From assembly GCA_035193785.1 (NCBI GenBank), contig CP136572.1, positions 448,001 to 512,000 on the forward strand: DNA of 64,000 bases, in the 5' to 3' direction. The translations under genes and the position numbers were made by a program. The notes beneath the pieces are model-generated. The model was not told the origin of the DNA. It saw only the letters and a program-made list of their open reading frames with translations, and did no database searches. The stretch is from Planktothrix sp. GU0601_MAG3 (GTDB lineage: Bacteria > Cyanobacteriota > Cyanobacteriia > Cyanobacteriales > Microcoleaceae). Position 1 is the stretch's first letter, and each line of letters opens with the position of its first letter. Positions 12,256 to 23,505 of this stretch are shown here, one piece after another.

Positions 12256-12669
12256 TTAACGGAATTTACGTTCGGATTCCTGAATTGGTAAATCGTTAAT
12301 ACTGGCTTCCCGTCGCTGCATTAACCCATTAGGAGCAAATTCCCATTGTTCATTCCCATAGGCGCGATACCATTTACCCGAATCCGTGCGATATTCGTAC
12401 TCAAATTTAACAGAAATTCGGTTATCGGTGAAACTCCATAACTCTTTTTTCAAACGATAATCTAGTTCCGTATTCCACTTACGAGTCAAAAATTCCCGAA
12501 TTTTATCCCGTCCGGTAAAGAATTCCGCCCGATTTCGCCAAACAGAATCCTCCGTATAAGCTAATGCAACTCGTTCGGGATCACAGGTATTCCAAGCATC
12601 CTCAGCGGCTTGAACTTTGGCTTTAGCGGTTTCTAGGGTAAAGGGTGGTAAGGGGGGTCTGGTTTCCAT
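12256..12669 (-). CDS. DUF1348 / SnoaL-like (NTF2 fold) protein
   Basis: [38 protein letters not shown]. Confidence 0.9.
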   Translation of the reverse strand: METRPPLPPFTLETAKAKVQAAEDAWNTCDPERVALAYTEDSVWRNRAEFFTGRDKIREFLTRKWNTELDYRLKKELWSFTDNRISVKFEYEYRTDSGKWYRAYGNEQWEFAPNGLMQRREASINDLPIQESERKFR

Positions 12670-12824
12670 GAGGGATTCTCCTGAATGATAATTATTAAGT
12701 TTATGGGTTGTTGGGAAGTTTGCCTAATTGCTATTCCCCTATTTCGGTATTTACTGCTATATAATTAATATCAACTCAAAAAAGGGATTGCTCCCCTCAA
12801 CTTTATTAATCTTCAACAGTTATT

Positions 12825-13604
12825 ATGCTTGCAAAACGGATTTTACCTTGTTTAGATGTGAAAGCGGGTCGAGTGGTAAAGGGGGTTAATTTTGTTGATT
12901 TAAAAGATGCTGGTGACCCGGTAGAATTAGCGGCGGCTTATAACGATGCTGGGGCCGATGAATTAGTATTTTTGGATATTACCGCCACCCATGAAGACCG
13001 AGATATTATTTTTGATGTAGTCTATCGCACCGCCGAACAGGTATTTATTCCCTTAACAGTAGGAGGCGGGATTCAAAACCTAGAAATGATTAAAAATTTG
13101 CTCAGAGCCGGAGCAGATAAAGTTAGTATTAATTCCGCCGCCGTGCGTGATCCAGACTTAATTAATCGAGCCAGCGATCGCTTTGGAGTACAATGTATTG
13201 TAGTAGCAATTGATGCCCGGCGACGCACAAATCCCGATGATCCGGGTTGGGATGTTTATGTCCGAGGCGGTCGAGAAAATACCGGAATTGATGCTCTAAA
13301 ATGGGCAAAAGAAGTTACAAAAAGAGGCGCCGGAGAACTTCTAGTTACCAGTATGGATGCCGATGGAACCCAGGCAGGTTATGATTTAGAATTAACCCGA
13401 AAAATTGCCGAATCCGTGGAAATTCCCGTGATTGCATCGGGGGGTGCTGGGACTTGTGATCATATTTATCAAGCCCTAACCCAAGGGAAAGCCGAAGCCG
13501 CTTTATTAGCATCATTATTGCATTATGGTCAATTAAGTGTAGGAGAAATTAAAACCTATTTAGCAGAACATCAAGTTACCGTGAGGAATCCTGATATTTT
13601 GTAG
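12825..13604 (+). CDS. hisF: Imidazole glycerol phosphate synthase cyclase subunit
   Basis: [38 protein letters not shown]. Confidence 0.97.
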   Translation: MLAKRILPCLDVKAGRVVKGVNFVDLKDAGDPVELAAAYNDAGADELVFLDITATHEDRDIIFDVVYRTAEQVFIPLTVGGGIQNLEMIKNLLRAGADKVSINSAAVRDPDLINRASDRFGVQCIVVAIDARRRTNPDDPGWDVYVRGGRENTGIDALKWAKEVTKRGAGELLVTSMDADGTQAGYDLELTRKIAESVEIPVIASGGAGTCDHIYQALTQGKAEAALLASLLHYGQLSVGEIKTYLAEHQVTVRNPDIL

Positions 13605-13777
13605 GGGCAAGGTCATTTTTGTCAAGATCAATTAAAGCCTAAAACCTCCGATTACAGCTAATATCTGATTCCCCTAAATCCCATAAAAAAAGGGGGTTAG
13701 GGGGATAGATTACCCCTTGCATAATTAGCAGATTTAGATTAATCTGGATAAAACAATTCATTAAGTAAATTATTTAG

Positions 13778-14954
13778 ATGTTAGATCAAGCCAACGAGTT
13801 ATTCCAGCAGGGAATTTTACATTATCAAAATGCAGAATATCAAGCCGCTTTAGCATCTTGGCAACAGGCCCTCCACTCCTACCGAAACCTACAGGATCGT
13901 AAACGGGAAGGGGCAGCTTGGGGGAATCTAGGGGCTGTACATGAAGTGCTATTAAGCCCGGAATTAGCCATCAATTGCTATCAACAACATTTAGAGATAG
14001 CCAGGGAAATTCAAGACCCAAAAGGAGAAATGAATGCTTTAGTTAATCTCAGCAATATTTACCATAGTTTAGGAGACTATATTAACTCCCTAGAATACCA
14101 AAACCAACGGTTAGCCCTCGCCCGTCAATTTTTAGATACCCGCACCGAAGAACAGGCATTATCAGTATTAGGAAAAATCTATCTCGCCCAAGAACAATTT
14201 GAAACTGGCAATTGACGCTTATCAAAAACAATTAGCCCTCGCCCAAACTCACCAAAACTATCCCAGTCAAGGCAATGCTTTTAACCATTTAAAATTAATT
14301 TATGCACAGTTAGAACAATGGGAAAAATTTGAATTATATTATCAACAGCATCAAGCTATTTTGCGTCCATTTCTGAGCGAAAATCCCGGCAATATTTTGC
14401 AGCAAGCCGAAAATATAGGCCTAGATCCTTTGTTTGATTTTGCCGGAATGGATTTAAGTCATCTTGATTTTAATTACGCCGATTTACGCGGGGCAAATTT
14501 AGAAAAAACCAACCTTAGCTATGCTATTTTAACCCTGGCAGATTTGAGCGGAGCAATTTTAAAAGAAGCTAATCTCAGCTATGCTATTTTAACAAATGCT
14601 AATTTACGCGATGCCGATTTAACAGGTGCTAACCTCATGGAAGCTGATGTCAGAACAAAAATGCCACGGGCTAATCTGAGTTATGCTAATTTAACCCATG
14701 CTAACTTAATGAGTGCCTATTTACCCTGCGCCAACTTTACCCAAGCCAATCTCAGCCATGCCAATTTGAACTATACTGACCTAACGGGGTCAAAATTCCA
14801 AGATGTGAACTTAACAATGACTAATTTCAGCCAAGCTGAATTCAAAGATGTCAGGGTAGAAAACGTTGATTTTACCGAAGCGGTGGGAATTTCCACTCGA
14901 ATTAAATCCGAGTTAGTCAAACGAGGGGCAATTTTTAAGGAAAATCAAGATTAG
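13778..14954 (+). CDS. TPR plus pentapeptide-repeat protein (frameshift at 14201)
   Basis: TPR motifs (AWGNLG) followed by A(D/N)Lxx repeats; GAAAC to GAAC joins the ORFs (QFELAIDAY). Confidence 0.85.
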
Positions 14955-15035
14955 GTTAGTAGAATATCCTGGGTGTTAGTGGTTAACCCTCCATGATGTT
15001 TAATAATATTAATAAACAAAACCATTAAAACTATT

Positions 15036-15827
15036 ATGACTGGTGTAGAAGGACTTTGGCCCCATAATCTCAGCCCAAACCGCTTGGCGGTGTTGGAGCG
15101 GAAACTGGTACTTTGGTTACAAAAACAACCTTTGCCTGCTGATATTCACCAAATGACACTCAATTATAAAACCCATGAAGACCTGCAATTGTTAACCCAA
15201 AAAGCCGCATCTCAAGGGTGTCATTTTTCTGATTTACAAACAACAGTTCAAGCGATTATATCAGCAAAAACCGATAATTTTTTAGAATTAGCAGAAATAG
15301 CAGGTTTAAATCCCCTAGAAGATTTTGCCCAAGCGAAACTATTAGGAGCTAACTTAAGTGGATTGGATTTAAGTGGGGCAAAACTGACAAATGCCTATTT
15401 GCGAGGGGCGGATTTAAGCGATATTAACTTAACGAATGCTGATTTAAAAAACGTGAATTTAGGAGGGGCAGATTTAAGTGGAGCCTTATTAAGTGATACG
15501 GATTTAACTGGCGCTGATTTGCACCGGGTTAGTTTAGCCTTAGCGAATTTAAGTGGAGCTAATTTAAGCAATGTTAATTTGGAAGATGCTAATTTAAGTA
15601 ATTGTAATTTAAGCGATGCCAATTTAACGGGAGCTTGTTTAAAAAACGCTAATTTGCATCAAGCTGGATTAGCATTAACCAATTTAGCCGGAGTAGATTT
15701 TACCGGAGCTAATGTTAAAGAAGCTCGACTCTGGCATGATGCGGGAATTTCCGAAACCGTGAAGGCAGACTTAATCAAAAGAGGAGCAATTTTTGATGAA
15801 AAGATAGAAAACATCAAACGAGATTAG
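15036..15827 (+). CDS. Pentapeptide-repeat protein
   Basis: Long A(D/N)LS run; C-terminus LIKRGAIF shared with the upstream gene. Confidence 0.9.
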   Translation: MTGVEGLWPHNLSPNRLAVLERKLVLWLQKQPLPADIHQMTLNYKTHEDLQLLTQKAASQGCHFSDLQTTVQAIISAKTDNFLELAEIAGLNPLEDFAQAKLLGANLSGLDLSGAKLTNAYLRGADLSDINLTNADLKNVNLGGADLSGALLSDTDLTGADLHRVSLALANLSGANLSNVNLEDANLSNCNLSDANLTGACLKNANLHQAGLALTNLAGVDFTGANVKEARLWHDAGISETVKADLIKRGAIFDEKIENIKRD

Positions 15828-16114
15828 ACCTTAGTTTGTTGTTGCGCTTCAGCGCACTCTAAAAATATGGAGCGCCGCATCGCAACAACAAATGTTTTTA
15901 TCGGTTCAAATAATTATGATTAATTTTTACAATACCCATCGAAAGTTATGGGTTAGGTTTATCATATTTTCTCTAAAAAATAGAGTGTTAAATTAGACAA
16001 CAGCTACTAATTCCAGTTTTATAATCATATAAAATTGATGAATTGAAGCACAATTGCGGCTCTTTCAAGATTATTATAGAGAGTGATGCCCATTTGTTCC
16101 ATAAAGAAATTGCT

Positions 16115-17555
16115 ATGTTTGATGCTCTTGCTGAACGCTTTGAATCGACCTGGAAAAAACTCCGAGGTCAAGATAAAATTAGCGAGTCTAATATTCAAGA
16201 TGCCCTAAAAGAAGTCCGTCGCGCCCTACTCGAAGCCGATGTTAACCTGCAAGTGGTTAAGGAATTTGTCGCCGAAGTGGGCGAAAAAGCCCAGGGAGCA
16301 GCCGTCGTGTCCGGTGTGCGACCGGGGGAACAGTTTGTCAAAATCGTCCATGATGAATTGGTCAACGTCATGGGGGAAAGTAACATTCCCCTCGCCCAAG
16401 CGGACACCGCCCCAACAATTATCTTAATGGCCGGGTTGCAAGGGACAGGAAAAACCACCGCCACGGCTAAATTAGCCCTGCATTTGAGAAAGGAAAATCG
16501 CACCGCCCTATTAGTCGCCACCGACATTTATCGCCCCGCCGCGATTAATCAATTAATCACATTAGGCAAACAAATTAACGTTCCCGTGTTTGAAATGGGA
16601 ACCGATACCGACCCGGTAGAAATTGCCCGTCAAGGGGTCGAATATGCCCGAAATCAAGATATTGATACGGTGATTATTGACACCGCCGGACGTCTGCAAA
16701 TAGACGAAAATATGATGGCGGAATTAGCCCAAATTAAAGAAACCATTGAACCCCATGAAACCCTATTAGTCGTGGATGCCATGACGGGTCAAGAAGCAGC
16801 AAATCTTACCCGGACTTTTAACGAACGAATTGGGATAACAGGCGCGATTTTAACTAAGATGGATGGGGATAGTCGCGGTGGGGCGGCGCTATCAATTCGT
16901 CGGGTATCGGGGGCACCGATTAAATTTGTGGGGGTGGGGGAAAAAGTCGAAGCTCTGCAACCATTTTATCCTGACCGGGTTGCCTCTCGAATTTTAGGCA
17001 TGGGGGATATTTTAACCTTAGTTGAAAAAGCCCAAGAGGAATTCGACTTGGCGGACGCCGAGAGAATGCAGGAAAAAATTGTGACGGCAAAATTCGATTT
17101 CACCGACTTCCTGCGTCAAACTCGGATGATGAAAAATATGGGATCTTTGGGGGGATTAATTAAGTTAATTCCGGGGATGAATAAGATTTCCCAAGACCAA
17201 TTAGACCAGGGGGAAGCCCAATTAAAACGCTCGGAAGCGATGATTAATTCCATGACCGTTAATGAGCGCCAAAACCCTGATTTATTAGCTAGTTCTCCTT
17301 CCCGTCGTAAACGTATTGCTAAGGGTTTCAGGAATGCTAGAAAAAGATGTGATGAAGTTAGTTAGTGACTTCCAGAAAATGCGGGTGATGATGCAACAAA
17401 TGAGTCAGGGAATGATGCCTGGAATGGGAGGGATGCCCGGGATGGGGGGAATGCCGGGGATGGGAGGAATGCCGGGGATGCCAGGCGGTTATCCCGGGGC
17501 GGCTAAGGCCAAGAAAAAGAAAGACAAGAAGAAAAAAGGTTTCGGACAACTTTAA
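16115..17555 (+). CDS. ffh: Signal recognition particle protein (frameshift at 17325)
   Basis: GLQGTGKTT, DTAGRLQ, TKMDGD and M-domain; essential gene, so the shift is most likely an error. Confidence 0.97.
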
Positions 17556-17745
17556 CCCAACCTCAGCAAAAAGCTTCTGACCCAATTGCTTACTTTACTG
17601 CACCGGAAAACCAGGATTTAGGGATTGTGAAAGCTCTCCCTAAATCTCGACTAAAACCCCTTTTAGATCTGTTTCCCTATCCTGCCTTAACAACAGTTTC
17701 TATAGCTTAATTTGTCATTAATGTATTCTGAATTGGAAGGGGGAA

Positions 17746-18996
17746 CTAATCAATTAAACGGATAAATTTCTTTTTGCCAACTTGCAGAACTTTCCCCTTT
17801 AATTCATCAATAGAATTAAATGTTATATCAATTTCAGAAATGCGATCGCCATCCAACTTAACCGCCCCTCCTTGAATTTCTCGCCGCGCTTCACTGCTGC
17901 TTTTACATAACTTACTCGCACTGAGAATATAAAATAACTTCGCCGGAAATTGAATCTCAGCTAAGGAAAACTCCGGGACGGCTTCGGCGGTTTTCGCATC
18001 CCCTTGAACTAAGGTTAAAGACGCTTTTTGAGCCTCTAATGCTGCTTCCTTTCCATGGAATTGAGAGGCAATTTCTAACCCTAATAACTTTTGTTTTTCC
18101 CGGGGATTTTCTGGTAATTGATCCAAGGGAAGATTAGTTAACAGTTCAAAATATTGGTTTAATAGATTATCTTGAACCTTCTCTAATTTAGAATACATGG
18201 CTAAGGGATCTTCCGATAACGCCACATAATTTCCCAGGGATTTCGACATTTTTTGTACCCCATCCGTCCCAATTAAAATTGGCATTAATAAACCAAATTG
18301 CGGTTTTTGTCCAAAATGTCTTTGTAAATCCCGTCCCACGGCTAAATTAAACTTTTGATCCGTCCCGCCAATTTCAATATCCGCCTCCACCGCCACGGAA
18401 TCATAACCCTGCATTAACGGATAGAGAAATTCATGCAAATAGATGGGATTTTCCTGGTTAAACCGCAGGGAAAAACCCTCTTTAGCTAACATTTGTCCGA
18501 CGGTCATGGTTGCCAATAATTCCAAGATTTTCGGTAAATCTAATTTTGATAACCATTCCGAATTGTAGCGAATTTCCAACCGTCCGGGGGTATCAAAATC
18601 CAAAATTGGACGCAGTTGTTCTAAATAAGTTTGAGCATTTTTCTGGACATCTTCCGAGGTTAATTGACGGCGAACTTCTGATTTTCCGGTGGGGTCGCCA
18701 ATTCTAGCGGTAAAATCCCCAATAATTAATACAGCGATATGACCCGCATCTTGAAAAGCGCGTAACTTGCGAATCGGGATACTATGACCCAAATGAATAT
18801 CCGACGCCGTGGGGTCAATGCCAAATTTAACTCTCAGGGGTCGATTTGTGGTTAATAATCGTTGGCCTAAATTCTCATCGGGGTTGTGGGAATTGATAAT
18901 TTCAGGGAAAATCTCAGTGATCCCTCGGCGAAGGGTAGGAAAATTTTGTAGAGACGCCACCGATTCCATTGGTTCAGGAGAGGGACTAATAACCAT
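17746..18996 (-). CDS. tyrS: Tyrosyl-tRNA synthetase
   Basis: [23 protein letters not shown]-terminal S4 domain. Confidence 0.97.
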   Translation of the reverse strand: MVISPSPEPMESVASLQNFPTLRRGITEIFPEIINSHNPDENLGQRLLTTNRPLRVKFGIDPTASDIHLGHSIPIRKLRAFQDAGHIAVLIIGDFTARIGDPTGKSEVRRQLTSEDVQKNAQTYLEQLRPILDFDTPGRLEIRYNSEWLSKLDLPKILELLATMTVGQMLAKEGFSLRFNQENPIYLHEFLYPLMQGYDSVAVEADIEIGGTDQKFNLAVGRDLQRHFGQKPQFGLLMPILIGTDGVQKMSKSLGNYVALSEDPLAMYSKLEKVQDNLLNQYFELLTNLPLDQLPENPREKQKLLGLEIASQFHGKEAALEAQKASLTLVQGDAKTAEAVPEFSLAEIQFPAKLFYILSASKLCKSSSEARREIQGGAVKLDGDRISEIDITFNSIDELKGKVLQVGKKKFIRLID

Positions 18997-19124
18997 GATC
19001 TTAAAATTCTTTTGCCAATTTGGGGTAAAATCCGTTAACCTTGATCCCGGATAGGAAATTTTTTTGATTTATTATGTAGGTACTTCACCTGCACAATGTC
19101 AATGTTATATGCTATCACCAGAAG

Positions 19125-20462
19125 GTGAACTACCGCACACCGATCCTGTCGGATTCGGTGTGGGCTTCTGATTTCTTCACCCGATGCCCTTTCACCTTGC
19201 GGTTATCCGGTCTTACACAGGTTTCCCTCAGCAGAGACGGGGTTCCCTCCGCCTTTAGTTAATATTTTGATCCCTTCACCCCTGATGTTGAGTGCAGCGT
19301 TTTCATCACGGTCATGGTGAGTTTGACAGCTTGGACAATCCCATTCTCTGACATCGAGAGATAACTCACTTAGGATATGACCGCAACTCGAACAGGTTTT
19401 GGAACTGGGGAAAAAGCGATCAATTTCTACAAGGAGCGCCATTTTTTGTTTCAACTTATAGTCAATAAAGTTGACGAATTTTCCCCACCCCACATCAGAT
19501 ATGGATTTTGACAACTTTTGGTTCTTAACCATCCCCTTGACGTTGAGATTTTCAACGACAATTACCTGGCTTTCGTTGACCAATTTTCTTGATAATTTAT
19601 GCAAGAAATCTTGGCGGGAGTTAGCTATTTTCTCATGAACCTTAGCAACATTTTTTCTGAATTTCTCTCTCGATTGACTGCCTTTAGTTTTCCGGGAGAG
19701 TTTTTTCTGTTTTCGTGCTAGATTTTTCTGATGACGGTTTAAATGCTTGGGATTAGCATATTTAGTAACAGTTTCTCCGTCATGGACAATCGCATAATCT
19801 TTTAATCCGAGATCGATTCCAATAATTTTATCTCCTGACTGTTTGATGTCAGTTGCTTCCACTTCACATAAAATTGAAGCAAAGTATTTATCACTTGAAG
19901 TCTTAGAAATTGTTACTGTTTTAATTTTCCCTGTGATTTCTCGGTGAAATATAGCTTTGATTTCACCCATCTTAGGGACTTTTAGAGATTCACCATGAAC
20001 AGTAACATTCTGGGGATACTGAATTGATTGCTTGTAATGTTTAGATTTGAATTTGGGAAATTTAGCTCGTCCCTCAAAGAAGTTTTTGTAGGCTCTATCT
20101 AAGTTAATAGCTACGCATTGAAGAACCGATGAGTAGCAATCCTCTTTGAGCCAAGGATATTCTTTTTTGAGTTGAGGTAACATCCCCTTGTAAGATGTTA
20201 ATTTTAGACTTTTACCCGTTTCTTGATAGTGCTCAATACAGGCATTTAAGGCATAATTCCAATACCATCTTGCACAGCCAAACGACTTAGCCAATGCTAA
20301 TTCTTGTTCGGGTGTTGGGTACAGTCTAACCTTTGTAGCCTTGAGCACTTTGAATCACCTCCTTTTTTTTAGGATAACCCATGATTAAACATTCTAATCC
20401 CTGACCGCAATTCATCCCACGCTGCCCTACCGGGTCAGACGTGAGGATTCTTGCGGAAAAAG
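19125..20462 (-). mobile_element. IS200/IS605-family element with tnpB only (non-autonomous)
   Basis: Right end GTAGTTCAC, left-end hairpin shared with the element at 25283-27066, preceded by TTTAG on the minus strand. Confidence 0.85.
19203..20348 (-). CDS. tnpB: RNA-guided endonuclease TnpB
   Basis: RLYPT HTH, RuvC GIDLG / VENL / DRDENAA and CxxC..CxxC zinc finger all intact. Confidence 0.95.
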   Translation of the reverse strand: MLKATKVRLYPTPEQELALAKSFGCARWYWNYALNACIEHYQETGKSLKLTSYKGMLPQLKKEYPWLKEDCYSSVLQCVAINLDRAYKNFFEGRAKFPKFKSKHYKQSIQYPQNVTVHGESLKVPKMGEIKAIFHREITGKIKTVTISKTSSDKYFASILCEVEATDIKQSGDKIIGIDLGLKDYAIVHDGETVTKYANPKHLNRHQKNLARKQKKLSRKTKGSQSREKFRKNVAKVHEKIANSRQDFLHKLSRKLVNESQVIVVENLNVKGMVKNQKLSKSISDVGWGKFVNFIDYKLKQKMALLVEIDRFFPSSKTCSSCGHILSELSLDVREWDCPSCQTHHDRDENAALNIRGEGIKILTKGGGNPVSAEGNLCKTG

Positions 20463-20538
20463 CTAAAAAAAGTTATATTTCTGTCTGTAAGCCCTAGATG
20501 TTGTGTAGCCCTGTGTTCATTGAGGGAGTAAATTAAAC

Positions 20539-22467
20539 GTGTCATCAACTAATGCAATCCCACGCGATGTTAGGGTCAACAACCCCTCAACGTTGTTTGA
20601 CTTTGTGCAGTCGGTCAGCAAAGTAACGGCTGGAACCTTACTCGGCGTTACCATGTTAACCAGTTCGGTCGTGGCTGGAGGGTTAGTCGGTTTGGCGGTC
20701 AGTTTCCGTAACCTTCCTGATGTGCGGGTGTTACAGAACTATGTGCCCACGGAAACCACCCATATCTATGATATTAAGGGGGTTCCTCTGGCCAGCCTCC
20801 ATGATGAAGCCAATCGTGAAGTCGTCTCCCTGAACGAGATATCTCCCCATCTAAAACGGGCTGTAATCGCGATTGAAGATAGTAATTTTTTCGATCACAA
20901 GGGAATTAACCCGACGGGGATTGTGCGGGCGTTTGTCGCTAACTTTGAACGGGGTTCCACCGTGGAGGGGGGTTCTACCCTGACCATGCAGTTGGTGAAA
21001 AATCTATTTTTATCCCCGAATCGTACCATGAGCCGTAAAGCCGCAGAAGCGGTGATGGCGATTCGTTTAGAACAGATTTTATCAAAAGACGAAATTTTAG
21101 AACTGTATCTGAATCAGGTCTATTGGGGTCATAACCTCTATGGGGTAGAAACCGCAGCCCGCAGTTATTTTAATAAATCGGCGAAGGACTTGACCCTGGC
21201 GGAATCGGCTATGATGGCGGGTCTGATTCCCGCACCGGAGGATTATAGTCCCTTTGCCAATTACAAAAAAGCCAAACAAAGACAGTTAATAGTTTTGAAG
21301 CGGATGCGGGAACTTCAGTGGATTACCCCCCAAGAAGAAGCCACAGCCAAAAAACAAAACCTACTGGTGGGCAAAATTACCTCCTTTAGCAGTAGCCGTC
21401 TTCCCTATGTGACGGAGGCCGTTGTTCAGGAGCTTTCTAATCGTTTTGGTCGGGAGGCGGTGCTCAAGGGCGGAATGCGGATTCAAACCACCATTGATAT
21501 GAATTTTCAACGGATGGCCGAGAAAACCGTCAGTGAATGGCATGAAAACCTTTACTATCAGGGGATTTATAGAAGTTTAGAAAATGGCCAAATTGCTTTA
21601 GTTGCCATTGACCCCCGTACCCATTTTGTGAAGGCGATGGTCGGGGGAGCCGACTATAAAACCAGTCAGTATAATCGGGCGATTCAAGCTCTACGTCAAC
21701 CCGGTTCCGCCTTTAAACCCTTTGTTTATTACGCAGCCTTTGCTAGTGGCAAATATGGCCCGGATTCCACGGTTTATGACAGCCCGGTGAGTTATCCCGA
21801 TGGCTATGGTTACTATTCTCCTCAGAACTACGGGGGCGGTTTCTCCGGGGCGGTGAGTATTCGCACGGCTTTAGAAAGTTCCCTGAATATTCCGGCGGTC
21901 AAACTCGGTCAAGAGGTGGGACTAAATCAGGTGATTGAGGTTTGTCGAGTCCTAGGGATTAAAAGTCCAATTGAACCGGTGATTTCCCTACCTTTGGGGT
22001 CGGTGGATTTAACCCCGATGGAAATGGCTGGAGCCTATGCGACCTTTGCCAATGATGGCTGGCACTCGGAACCCACCTTTATTGTCCAAGTTACTGATAG
22101 TCAAGGTAATGTTTTACTAGATAATACCCCGAAACCTCGATTAGTCCTGGATCAATGGGCTGTGGCGTCCCTAAATAGCGTATTACAAGGGGTAATTAGT
22201 CGGGGGACAGCAACCCGCGCCCAAATTGGACGTCCGGCGGCGGGAAAAACCGGAACTACTTCTTCTGAGCGGGATATCTGGTTTGCGGGATATACTCCCG
22301 ACTTGGCCACGGCCGTTTGGGTGGGGAATGACAATTACACTCCCCTGAGTTATGGATCAACTGGAGGGACAACGGTGGCCCCCATCTGGCGTGACTTTAT
22401 GTCACAAGCCCTAGAGGGAAAACCGGCAACCTCCTTTAAACCGGCTTCAGCCTACACCAAACCTTAA
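20539..22467 (+). CDS. Class A penicillin-binding protein (PBP1A family)
   Basis: EDSNF, GGSTLTMQLVKN, RQPGSAFKPF, SLN, KTGT. Confidence 0.93.
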   Translation: MSSTNAIPRDVRVNNPSTLFDFVQSVSKVTAGTLLGVTMLTSSVVAGGLVGLAVSFRNLPDVRVLQNYVPTETTHIYDIKGVPLASLHDEANREVVSLNEISPHLKRAVIAIEDSNFFDHKGINPTGIVRAFVANFERGSTVEGGSTLTMQLVKNLFLSPNRTMSRKAAEAVMAIRLEQILSKDEILELYLNQVYWGHNLYGVETAARSYFNKSAKDLTLAESAMMAGLIPAPEDYSPFANYKKAKQRQLIVLKRMRELQWITPQEEATAKKQNLLVGKITSFSSSRLPYVTEAVVQELSNRFGREAVLKGGMRIQTTIDMNFQRMAEKTVSEWHENLYYQGIYRSLENGQIALVAIDPRTHFVKAMVGGADYKTSQYNRAIQALRQPGSAFKPFVYYAAFASGKYGPDSTVYDSPVSYPDGYGYYSPQNYGGGFSGAVSIRTALESSLNIPAVKLGQEVGLNQVIEVCRVLGIKSPIEPVISLPLGSVDLTPMEMAGAYATFANDGWHSEPTFIVQVTDSQGNVLLDNTPKPRLVLDQWAVASLNSVLQGVISRGTATRAQIGRPAAGKTGTTSSERDIWFAGYTPDLATAVWVGNDNYTPLSYGSTGGTTVAPIWRDFMSQALEGKPATSFKPASAYTKP

Positions 22468-22603
22468 TTCTGAATGGGGTTCTCACCCAGGTCAACAATT
22501 TTTCCCTGGAGGGGAGTAGAATGAAGGTGGCACTAATTGCGGAGTATGCCTGTGTCTGGCTCTGTGGGAGCGGGTTGAAAAGTTATTCCTTTGATTTTTG
22601 AGC

Positions 22604-22779
22604 TATAGCAATCGCGCCCAACGGTTAGGACAAAGATTGACCCGGCCAATAAATCCCCGGTGTTATAGCACTACCAATTAAGGTTAGGACAATACTAAAC
22701 CTTGTAACCTGTTCATAACCTACTGTTGCCCGTTCCCTGTTGCCTGTTGCCTGTTGCCTGTTGCCTGTTCCCTGCTATA
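22604..22779 (+). repeat. Nested TATAGCA...GTTAGGACA...TGCTATA miniature elements with a heptamer (TGTTGCC) tail
   Basis: Two left ends (about 22604 and 22663); relatives at 51654-51766 and 54605-54700. Confidence 0.65.
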
Positions 22780-22856
22780 TAAGTGTCTGGGAACTTGCTT
22801 TAATCGCTACTCCCTATTTGTTGGAAATTTTTTTATAGGTTAGGATCTAATTTGTT

Positions 22857-23085
22857 ATGGAAAAGAATACATTTTCTTCACCGAATACAACTCAGAAAGT
22901 GGAAGTTTCAATTCATATTGATTCTGAGTTGCTCAATCAGATTAAACATCTCACCAATGACCCCAGCAAAGTCATTGAGACAGCCCTGCGCCAATGGCTT
23001 AGAGGAGAGCGTCCAGAGGATGAACTGGCTTTGACACTGCAACGAAACCCTCCAGTTTCCGCCCCGAGGGGAATGGAACGATTAA
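22857..23085 (+). CDS. Small ribbon-helix-helix-like conserved cyanobacterial protein (frameshift at 23055)
   Basis: KVEVSIHIDSELL..IETALRQWL; correction gives the C-terminus NPPVPPRGEWND*. Confidence 0.7.
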
Positions 23086-23098
23086 ATCCGTTATCAAT

Positions 23099-23437
23099 GT
23101 GGGTACTTGCCATGGCGCGTCTGTGTGGGTACTTGCCATGGCGCGTCTGTGTGGGTACTTGCCATAGCGCGTCTGTGTGGGTACTTGCCATAGCGCGTCT
23201 ATGTAGGTACTTGCCATAGCGCGTCTATGTAGGTACTTGCCATGGCGCGTCTATGTAGGTACTTGCCATAGCGCGTCTATGTAGGTACTTGCCATAGCGC
23301 GTCTGTGTGGGTACTTTCCATGGCGCGTCTGTGTGGGTACTTGCCATAGCGCGTCTGTGTGGGTACTTGCCATAGCGCGTCTATGTGGGTACTTGCCATG
23401 GCTCGTCCGTTTAGGGGCTTGCCATGGTCTGTCTCCA
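23099..23437. repeat. Tandem array of about 13 copies of a 26-bp unit GT(G/A)GGTACTTGCCAT(G/A)GCGCGTCT(G/A)T
   Basis: Head-to-tail repeats with no spacers; last copies degenerate. Confidence 0.92.
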
Positions 23438-23505
23438 CCAGTTATCAGTCAAGAAGTGAATGGTTGATTAACTATTCACTGTTCACTATGTAGTCGCTAA
23501 TGTGA

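Noticed and set aside
17410..17490. GMPGMG repeats at the Ffh C-terminus
   Set aside because: Ordinary low-complexity tail of the M-domain.
19065..19105. TTGACA on the minus strand upstream of tyrS as a promoter
   Set aside because: Spacing to the best -10 candidate is about 20 nt; not convincing.
23099..23437. 26-bp array as a CRISPR array
   Set aside because: No unique spacers; units are contiguous.
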